A DNA stretch of 64,000 bases from Octopus sinensis (lineage: Eukaryota): NCBI RefSeq assembly GCF_006345805.1, contig NC_042999.1, forward strand, positions 79,856,001-79,920,000, written 5' to 3'. The translations under genes were made by a program, and so were the position numbers. Numbering within the stretch: position 1 is the first letter of the stretch; every line of letters begins with the position of its first letter. This document shows positions 53,768 through 64,000 of this stretch, piece by piece. The notes under the pieces are model-generated. The model was not told the DNA's origin, did no database searches, and saw only the letters and a list, made by a program, of their open reading frames with translations.

Positions 53768-54576
53768 GTATAAAAAGTTTGCGTGTAAACACGATAACAG
53801 TTACTACTGAAGGCTTTTGAAAGGCCATTATCTTCGTAGTTATTTGTTTGCTAATATCCGCATATCTGTTTAAACAAAGACGGAAATTAAAATAGAATAT
53901 CTTTCCAGTTATTCTTGTACACTTATCTTATAGATATTTTATTCATAATTTTAGCATCTTCTAGGAAATGAGATATTTGCTGCGAAGCGTTTTCATCTCA
54001 AATAATTGAAAACGTTAAAAGAAATAGTTACATTTAAGAACGAAATGAAATATCACCATTTTGGAAACAGCAATCACTGACCTTCTAACTTCCGGTTGTA
54101 TTCAAGCTGTATGCAAATAAATATACACCATGCAACAATAAATCATGCGGAAAATCATCGGTATGTGAAACTATTTCCAAACTGTATTTGTTTCTTTTTA
54201 TGGTGTACTTATGCAGTTTATTTACTTTGTCTGTGTCACGGACGTAACTGATTTTCAGTGCACTGAATACATACGTACATACATACATAATACATACATA
54301 CATACACACATAAATACACACACACATAAATACATACACACATACATACATTATATATATATATACACATTTATAAGTTTATATATATATATATATATAT
54401 GTACGTATGTATATGTGCGTGTGTGTGTACGTATATATATGTGTGTGCGTGTGTGTGTAAGGGAGAGAAAGACAATGTGTATGGGTGTCTGAGTGACTGT
54501 GCCTCTGTTTATATGTGTGTATATGTATATATAAATACACAGACACATACACAAACACAAACACACACACGCACAG

Positions 54577-54662
<86 letters not shown>

Positions 54663-55107
54663 GATGCGCGCGCGTTTGTGTATGTGTTTGTGTGTTTCTG
54701 TCTAAACCTCAGCATGGTTTTATAGTTGAGATGTTCGCTTCGCGATTGACGAAATTCCGGGTTCGATGCCTCTTCGTAGCACGTTAAGTAAATAAATAAA
54801 TATATATATATATATTAGGATTGATCCATACCATGTGAGTCAAATTAGGTAGGAAACTGCATAGAAGCCCCTCGGATGCATTATACCTCTCATATAAATG
54901 TAGAATCTTTTTACAAACTATGTCATACGTATTTTTGCCAATGAAATACCATAAAATACATTGTACTTTCATATCTGTGGAATGCTTATTTTCCGTGACC
55001 AGTGTACTCATCCAACATAATCATCTGTATTAACCACAAATGTTATTAGTCCGTGGCCAGGAGAAGCAAAAGAATCGTTCTTACTAGATTCTAGTTTTGT
55101 TAATTAT

Positions 55108-55330
55108 TTATCAAAGGAAGGCGGCGAGTTGGCAGAAATGTTAGCACGCCGGGTGAAATGCTTAGCGTTATTTTGTCTGTCTTTTTGTTCTGAGTTTAAA
55201 TTCCACGGAGGTCGACTTTGCCTGTCATCCTTTCGAGGTCGATAAATTAAGTACCAGTTACGTACTGGGTTCGATCTAATCGACTGGTCCTCTTCCCCAA
55301 AATATCGGGCCTTGTGCCTAGAGTAGAAAA
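55108..55330 (+). mobile_element. SINE family A monomer with short flanking duplication
   Basis: Full head, core and tail; TAATTATTTATCAAAGGAAG occurs on both sides (55101-55120, 55331-55350). Confidence 0.9.
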
Positions 55331-55596
55331 TAATTATTTATCAAAGGAAGAAAAAACATATTTGTATAGATAAAAAAAAAGGCAGAACTTAAATTTAAGT
55401 CTATCAATTTGGTGCCTTCTAAAATTTGATTTTATCCTGCAATCATTTCCTGCTATATATCAGTTGCCTACTCGCCACCACATTCATGGACGACCGCTCT
55501 TGTGTAGACTATACCACCCTCCATTAATCCTCTGTCTTATCTCAATTGCGCATCAGCTACACGGAAGCTAAACGTCACACCACAAACATTCATTGA

Positions 55597-55737
55597 TTCT
55601 ATATTTAAGAGATGACGAATTATGTACATTATGTACATTATTTACATCTGACGGACATTTGTCCTTATCTTTGTCCCAAGATTCCTAGTTCAATTCCAGG
55701 CAGTGACCTGAACAACAACAACAACAACAACAACAGC

Positions 55738-55796
<59 letters not shown>

Positions 55797-55957
55797 TAAT
55801 AACATCGAAATACCTTAGGAATGAGAACCCAGGTTTGAAATTTCCCCAGGACACCTGATGAAGGCTGTAGGGTATATCAGCTGAAACGTTGTTAACAACA
55901 AACAAGATGAGGACAAATATCCGTCGAATGTAAATAATGTAAATAATGTAAATAATA
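55597..55957 (+). mobile_element. SINE-like family E: tRNA B box, (AAC/AAT)n, hammerhead-bearing PLE-type tail, preceded by an inverted copy of its own 3' end
   Basis: B box GTTCAATTCC near 55688; CTGATGA 55855-61; 55620-55670 is the reverse complement of 55905-55952. Confidence 0.75.
55851..55895 (+). ncRNA. Minimal hammerhead ribozyme motif (stem I weakened)
   Basis: ACAC-CTGATGA-A-GGCTG(TAGGGTATAT)CAGCT-GAAA-CGTT-GT; palindromic AACGTT stem III. Confidence 0.5.
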
Positions 55958-56497
55958 TTCATTCATTCTATGAACGGAGACTTTGATAGCATCTTTCAGC
56001 GGGCACAAGCCACATTTGTAACTACATTTCTAAGATGTCTGTACTATCATACATACAGACATCCAGAATGGCTTTCAGCATAGGGCCCGCAACGGACTCA
56101 TTCCAGTGTCTGACCCGCAGATTCTGTTTAACAAATCTCGTTTATAATTGGCCCTGCTCCTCAGTGATGGTTGACCCATAACTACTACCCAGGCACCTCC
56201 GAATCCCTCATTACTCTTCTTGCGTCTAAACACTTTCGGCTCTGCATTGACCCTCTATGCACCATCTCTCCTCCTCAGAATCCTTTCCTGTTCATATCTT
56301 TCCTGCAGATGATCACTTGTAACTGTTTAAACAAAATATTAGCGCCTAAGATCACAAGCACCCAAGCTCACTAGGGCCAGCATATGGGCACAGTTCCTTC
56401 CTTCAGGCTACACGACTGCTTCGATTTCGGTTAATTTACGAGAAAGTAATATTGTAAAATTTAGTTAAAATGAAGGTACATACATACATACATGCCT

Positions 56498-56552
<55 letters not shown>

Positions 56553-56756
56553 GTGAAATAGAAAGATGAATAATCTTGTTGTAGATTAATCAAAAGTTAA
56601 CCGATACCTTAGTACAAAAATCACAGCAGTAAACAGCACGGTTGGAGGTACAACCATCTGGCGTTGCAACCGTGCGTTGGTGCGGATATTGAAATTAAAA
56701 CATTATTGGTGAATTGAAGAAATGGAGCTGAACGCAGATTGAACAGAAATCGTTTT

Positions 56757-56848
56757 ATTTCATTCTACACGTGTTTCGAAAGGCACAAATTACCAAAATC
56801 CGATTGAATAATGGGACCATATTGTGTCTTTCTCTTCAGGAAGAAAAA
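56757..56848 (-). ncRNA. Type I hammerhead ribozyme, apparently intact core
   Basis: Minus strand TTTCTTC-CTGAAGA(56839-33)-GAAAGACACAA..TTGTGCCTTTC-GAAA-CACGTG-TA-GAATGAAA; perfect palindrome ACACGTGT (56767-74); predicted GUA cleavage between 56766 and 56765. Confidence 0.7.
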
Positions 56849-57399
56849 GGAAATCCGTTAGAGAAACAAAAACAGAACAGAGGCGGAGCAAAAACCAAAT
56901 CGAACTATGCTCCTAAGAGCCCATGGCGAAACTGTTTATCATGTATGCTGAGAACCGTGGCTGAAGAATTCTACAGGTCAGCATCGGTCAATCATGTGGG
57001 TGAGGGTGTATAGATGTTCTTTAGTGACCGAGAATAAGTTCTGACTATTTAAGGAATATTGGATGTTTTATAAGGGGCGAGAAAAAATCTACTTAGAGAC
57101 GTGTTGTGTGTGTATACTGTTCTATATATGTGTGTGTTGGCGTAGGGGTAGAAACACTTTTTGTGTACGTGTGTGCGTTTGATCGTTCGGCTGTCAGTGG
57201 CTACTGCCGTGATAACCGTTGGGTGGCAGAAAGAAAAAAATATAATATTATGTTTATGTGTGTGTGTGTTCATCTGAGCCTGCCTTGTCAAGGAAACCCC
57301 CCGCTGTGAAAAAACCAAGCCCCGTTGTCTTACAGGAGTAATTCCCCTTGCAGTGGATAATCGTAGATATCTTAAAGGCTATTTCAGAATTGTTACCAA

Positions 57400-59440
57400 G
57401 GGCTATGGGTGCCGGTATTATTTATAAACGCTATTTAAACCAGATAAGTGTAACGCCGCCAATGGGGCATCGAAAAGCCGACTGTAAGAGCCCGTTTACC
57501 ATCCGGCCTCTGGCAAACAAAATATGGAAGAGTTCGGAGACACAAAGGTTACACTGTCCTTCTGCCCCTATCAAATGGGAGGGCCACCGACAAAATGACC
57601 ATTCCAGCCTGTAGCTTAAGTTCGTATCCTTCAGTCGCCATATTAGCTTACTGAGTCCCGTGGTCTGGCGCTTGTTCCGTTCGCCGAAAAGTTGCGTAAT
57701 GATTGGAGACACGCCAAGACAATCTTGAGGTGATGCCCCTACATAAGTGAAGACATCTGAGTCCGTGTAAACCTTGCATTGGTAGACGGCGTTTTTGTCT
57801 TGGAGTTCGCCGACGTAAATCTTAATCTGCTAGGATTAGTTTCTGAAATTAGAACTGCGTTCCTGTCACTATATTCGTTCCGAGACCTGCAGCCGCTTAC
57901 TACTCTATTTTCCACTACGTCACTATTACCTATAGGAATAACCCCTGATTCTCCACTATCTATCAGAGTACTGTCATTGCTAGTGCCCGTGGTGCTGCTA
58001 TTGCGGGAAATGATGCTGGGGTTGCTATTGGGGCTCTCTACCCTACTCCCATTGTTACCGTCAACCACAACACCCTATTTATAACTATACCCCTAGTGGG
58101 TACTCCCTGGCTGGAGCTGAGATTATGTGTCACTGTACTGGCTCTCATATCATTATTACTACTATATTATTCCTACTGAGCATTAAACCGGAGCGGAGGA
58201 GGCTGTGCCTGCGGAAAAAGGTGATAGGGTCTTAGTAAGTAGCCTATTATTATGGGAGGCGATTATCTGGGCGAGGTTTTTAGTGTTGGAGAAAGCTATC
58301 CTAACTTTATGTGAGTTAACCGTGGAGTAATATTTGGAATTTCTGGGAAGTTATTGGCGATGGCTTGTCTAAACAAGAGGGGGAGGTTAGTTTCTAATCT
58401 GCTTACCAAAGGGGATTACAAACCATATATGCTTATTCCTATCAGTGTGATGGGTCGGACGCAGCTCTCGCATTCTGGTGGGTGATTCTCGGATAAATAA
58501 CGGGTCTTGGTTAGTGTAAGACCTCCCGGACCGATAATTATCCTTGTTCGCTAAATTAAATGCGGGAGCGACTACCCGGCATCCGCCGCGCTCCCGTCCT
58601 TACTTAAAATGTTAATGTTATTATATACGGCCCTATCCTGATGACCGAATGGGCATCGGAAGGGCCGGATCAATATAAATTACCTTCTGCCTATAACCGG
58701 CCTTGGATAGTGCGGCGTTATAAAATTCCGCTTTCTGCATAAAAATATCGGCACTGGCGGACAAGCCAGACAATCTTAGAGAGATGTTTTTAACCAAATT
58801 GTCTGTTACGGTTTTGGCATGATTTGAGAAGACACTGACATACTTCAAATTAGTGGAAGGCTTATGGTAAGGGCAGTATGAGTCGCCATAAGGTTAAGTG
58901 TAACGTCTAGGAAATTAGCCTTGGTGAGTTCATTATCAAAAACTATACTCATGCCCATTCTATTAAAAACCTAGCTAACCTGCTCTTAGTTTTCTGCACT
59001 ATTCTGTTCGTGGTGTTTTGCAGGTAAAACAGACAATCGTCACGATACAGGCCGCCCGCGATCTCCGGGAATTGGTCGGACAATTCGTAGAGAATATATA
59101 TACCGACTAAATCGGCTATCTGCGCACTATCCGAACTACCCATAGGCACATCAAATTCATTGGAGTATTTTTACGGATCCACAACTTATTATCAAACTTA
59201 ATAAACGATTTCCTGGCAACTAAAATGATATCTATCTCTTCTCTGGTGAGGCCAGCCTTGTTGTGAGCATGCCAGAGGGCCTTATTTAGCACACTAGGGT
59301 TAATCGAGGGGTAGAAGCTGGCGATATCAAACTGAATGAACCTATACGGTTCTTATTGGGGATGGAAGAGAACCACTTCACTACCTGGGAGGAGTTGGCC
59401 CAGAGGCTGAGCTTCAGCTTGTTACTAAACTAGGGATATA
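57400..59440 (-). mobile_element. Penelope-like retroelement (probably Naiad clade), 5'-truncated, RT-thumb-linker-GIY-YIG, pseudogenised
   Basis: RT: DVPMGSSDSAQIADLVGIYIL, GLYRDD. Thumb: YVSVFSNHAK..SLRLSGLS..YNAALSKAGY, IWFVIPFGK, IIASHNNRLL. Endonuclease: AVYQCKVYTDSDVFTYVG, LSKLIWRLKD..LEWS, CNLCVSE. Clade label is from memory of the GLYRDD and PMGS motifs. Confidence 0.85.
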
Positions 59441-60009
59441 TTTATCAAAATATATATAATATATATATTATATATATTATATATATATATATATATTATA
59501 TATATATAATACACCATATAATATTATATATATATAATATATATATAATATATATATATAATATATATATATTATATATTATATATTTGCTTGTATGTGT
59601 ATATATATATAATATATATCAAATAGAGAGAAAGCACATATTGATATATTGGGCTTTTACTGCTATTTTTAGCTTGTAAGAAATCCACTTCGTGATTTTC
59701 TCTCTGTGTATATTTCGCACACTATTATATTTTAAAATATCTATGACTTCTGAGTTTTATTACGCATGTGAACCATTGGTATACTTTATTTAGTCCTTTT
59801 TACCCCTTTATTTATTATATGTATATGTATATATATATATGAAGTATGTGAAGTCATATACATATCTTGGTAGTAAAATGAACTCTAACGTTTCCTTTGA
59901 TGATGAAATCGTCAACCGTGTCTCGCGGAAGTAAACCAACGCATTTGGCAAACTCCGTCATCACCTCTGGAGTGAAAGGGGCATTAAATTTGACACCGAA
60001 GTACATGCG

Positions 60010-60215
60010 ATGAACTGGCAGAATCGTTAGCACGCCGGGCAGAATTCTTGGCGGCATTTCGTCCATCTTTACGTTCTGAGTCAAAATTCGGCCAAGATCG
60101 GTTTTGTCTTTCATCATTTCAGGGTCGATAAAATAAGTACCAGTTGAACACTGAGGTCAATGTAATCGACTGACCCCTCCCCACATTACTGGCTTTGTGC
60201 TAAATTTTGAAATCA
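60010..60215 (+). mobile_element. SINE family A copy
   Basis: GAACTGGCAGAATCGTTAGCACGCCGGGC..GTCGATAAAATAAGTACCAGTT..GGCTTTGTGCTAAATTTTGAAATC. Confidence 0.8.
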
Positions 60216-60941
60216 ACATAGCAGTCCGTGATGTATCCTCGGATGAAGCAAAATCTAAATTGTGGGACTCACGTCTTTAGAAAAATATATTGTATTACAT
60301 ATGAGTAGTACGCAGTATGTTATCATTCACAAAAGTATTTCTGGATGCATAGTTAGTCACTGAACGTGGGTAGTGTTAATCTGACTTCAATTCAATTGAT
60401 TCTGCTCGACTAGTCATAGCATATAACCAAATAACTTAATGGTAAGTGAAACAATTAAATTGCGAATGACGTACTGGGGTTAAGCATTTGAAAAATTAAA
60501 TTCATATGAAGACAAAAGTAGACACAATGGCCCCTAGAAAAATTAATTCGTGAAATTTCTACAGTGAGAAAAAATCTGTGAAAGAATCGACTGAAAAATT
60601 TCAAATAAGATGTGATAAAAACATGTCACAAAGTCTCAGATTGTTAGTACATGTGTGTGAGCGTATCTACGTATGCACCCATATACATATCCTTTAATAC
60701 ATGTACACGTAGACACATTCTTATACATTTATACGTACATATACACATACGCAATTATATTTATATGTGTGCGAGTGCAAATACACACACACATAGATAC
60801 ACACACAAACACACACACAAACACACAGATGTATATGTATAAGTAATTATGTTTGTATGTGTACATATATATTGGAAAAATATATAAGTTTACATGGGTG
60901 GGAAAACGCGTACTTTTGCCTACTAAATCATTATATACATA

Positions 60942-61000
<59 letters not shown>

Positions 61001-61112
61001 GAATGTAAGTATATATGGGTGTATGTGTAAATATGTATGCACTTCTGTTTAAATAGGTGTTTCATATTTTTCTATATCTGTCTATTAGTAATCTTTCTCC
61101 CTCTCCTATCTC

Positions 61113-61153
<41 letters not shown>

Positions 61154-61201
61154 ATATCTATATATATGCGATTGTGTGTGTCTATATATATATATGTATG
61201 T

Positions 61202-61232
<31 letters not shown>

Positions 61233-61986
61233 TATATATATTATATATATATATATATATATACATACCTACATACATACATAGCACACACACAATATGT
61301 ATGCATACATGTATGTATGGAAGTATGTATGTATGTATGTATCCATGTATATATGTATGTGTGTGTGCGCGTGTGCGTGCGTGCGTGTATGTGTAAAATG
61401 AGGTTGTTTCTCAGTTTGTGTCCTGCATTAATTTGTCTGTGCTCGTTTGATTCCCCGAGTTTCTGTTCTGTCTAGTGTTTGCTCCGTAAATAAACAAACA
61501 CCGTACACTGTTTCATAGAGAATTGTCACATCAAAGAAAATACTTGGCCTTAGTAACATACAGTGTTTTGATTTTTATTTCTGAGTAACTCACTCTGTTC
61601 CATGTCATATTTAATTCTCTTTGACAACGCTTCCACACTTTCACTGATGTACAAGTATTTAGTGACAACTAAATACATATACAATTTTGTACATACATAT
61701 AGACGCAGGCGTGTGTTAGTCCTAAAAATTTTTCTTTCCACGTGGTTCGGGTTCAGTCCCTGTTCTTGGATCATCGTGCAAGTGTTTTTTATCATGACAC
61801 AGGTGTCTTTTCCAAAATGGAGACCAACACCTTTCTCCTTGTGATCTGCTTGAAACGTTGTGAAGATCCTAAGATATTTTCTAAATTTTCTGATCATGAA
61901 ACCATCGATAACCTTAATTTACAAATAAAGAAATTATATCCACTCAATGCGGTTTTGTGCACTCGTTTTCATCAGTTGACATTTAC

Positions 61987-62027
<41 letters not shown>

Positions 62028-62282
62028 GAAGAGGTGAAGTTGAAGAATCCCCTGGCTTTGGGTAAAAGAAAACAAGAGGATCAGTTATGATTTAATCCCA
62101 CATGTTCCCCTGTCAGATTCATATTGCAGCGGTCTTTCAGTTTATCTAACCCCTTAAAAGAACTAGGAAGTTTGGGCCTCCAGCCAGGCCTTTCGCGACA
62201 CCCTTGAAGCGGGGAACTTTTCAGCATCCCTTCATATATATACATATAATACATATATTTATAACATATATGCGTGTGTGTC

Positions 62283-62345
<63 letters not shown>

Positions 62346-62347
62346 TA

Positions 62348-63000
62348 TATCAGGTCATCCCATGTTCTGTCCGAATTTTGAATAAAGAAAACAAGTGATC
62401 AAATGTTATATTTAATTGAAATTTAATCATCAATGTACTTTCCCCTGATTATCTATGACTTCCTTCCATCTATTTACAAGCTTTTTAATCCCATCAATGT
62501 AAGACTCTTTTGGTTTCAAAGCGAAGAATTCTGAAATGTCACTTTGGACCTCCTCCTGTCGTGCGAAAGTTATGTCCCCCAAATGATGCTGTAAACTACG
62601 AAACAAATAGTTTTCTGAAGGAGCAAGGTCGGGAGAATAAGGTGGATGAGGAATTTTTCCTAACCATGCTCTTCCATCTTCTGTGATGTGATCTTTGCAG
62701 TGTGGGGTCGCGCATTGTCCTGATGAAACATCACTCCTTTTCGATCCGCTAAAGCGGGTCTTTTTTTCTTCAAAGCTTGGTTCAAATGCTCTAATTGCTG
62801 ACATTAGACTTGAGCATTGATTGTTGCATTAGGTGGTAACAATTCAAAGTGAATTACTCCTTTGCAATGCCACCAAATAGAGAGAAGAATCTTTTCCCAT
62901 GAAGTTTCCTTCTCGGTTGGAGTTGAGCTTTTTCCCTTTAACCAAGCCACTGTTTACGACGTTTATGTTATCGTAAAAGACTCGTCTTTTATGATAACAT
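62348..63000 (-). mobile_element. Mariner (Mos1-like) transposase 3' relic with one terminus
   Basis: KILLSIWWHCKGVIHFELLPPNATINAQV*, MFHQDNA.PH, PHPPYSPDLAPSENYLFRSLQHHL..GIKKLVNRWKEVIDNQG; likely terminus TA-TCAGGTCATCCCAT near 62348. Confidence 0.9.
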
Positions 63001-63468
63001 GGTGGACCAGGTCAGTTTAAGCTACCCTACTACTATAATGTAAGCTTTTTTGAACTTATAATATTCTGTGTGTGTATATATATACAGATACAATACCAAT
63101 ATTCCACTGAACTTTTTAATAATTCCTTCTGGAAACTATCTTTAACATTTTCTTGAGAATGTATTTATATATGTTGTAATCTTTTGTGCCCAATACTTTA
63201 GTGAACTTGTTAAACTTTTTTATATTTTCCCAAGATTTCCCCTTGTAAAGTGTTCTTAACATGTTCTTGTTACCAAATAATGTATATATGTATTGTAGTA
63301 TTTTGTGACAACCAGTAATTAACACAACCAAACTTATACATGTTACTTTTGACAATCTTTTTCTGAAAAGTGAAACCAGTAAAGTAAATAAACACCTTTT
63401 AAAATTGCATTTTCAAACCTTCTTTCATATATAATTCCACTCGTGCGGTACCTTACAACTCCACTTTG

Positions 63469-63730
<262 letters not shown>

Positions 63731-64000
63731 TCGATTTAGAATATGCATTTGAAATTAATATGCACATATTGCTTCTATGTGCTTAATATTTGATTGAAGA
63801 CATTAATTCAAGATAGATGTTTATTTGATAACTTCATTTTCAAAAATTATGTTTAGTAGGATTCCTTTATACATAGATGACATGATTTATTATGTTATCT
63901 TTAATTTGTATGGTTTACATTTTGAAATCATTTTCAAAAACAACTCTGTGTAGAATAAAATAGAACATATTCACCTTATTCACCTTATGCAATCAAATAA

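Noticed and set aside
56040-56420. GC-richer segment resembling an old LINE 3' region
   Set aside because: No diagnostic motif could be translated.
57779-58084. Hydrophobic 101-aa plus-strand ORF resembling a membrane protein
   Set aside because: Antisense to the low-complexity PLE linker.

Overview
AT-rich, microsatellite-dense animal genomic DNA. It is most likely a coleoid cephalopod (Octopus-like); this is inferred from the SINE families and repeat texture, not proven. No host protein-coding gene, rRNA, intact tRNA or CRISPR array is recognisable, so the window reads as intronic or intergenic. Most listed ORFs are translations of (TA)n, (CA)n, (GATA)n and trinucleotide repeats. Supportable content: (i) over 25 copies of about five tRNA-derived SINE families, one forming dimers and trimers; (ii) decayed LINE fragments (R4/Dong-like, RTE, CR1/L2-like); (iii) Penelope-like element (PLE) fragments, including a ~2.7 kb probable Naiad-type copy; (iv) mariner and maT transposase relics, a non-autonomous Helitron and several fold-back elements. 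The most interesting signal is a set of type I hammerhead ribozyme (HHR) motifs in PLE-type tails. One sits inside a tRNA-derived SINE-like element with an inverted tail, suggesting a Pol III SINE mobilised by Penelope machinery. Also notable are a twin-priming-type 5' inversion in an RTE LINE and a LINE/SINE pair sharing a covarying 3' stem-loop. Boundaries were read by eye and are approximate unless exact motifs are quoted.
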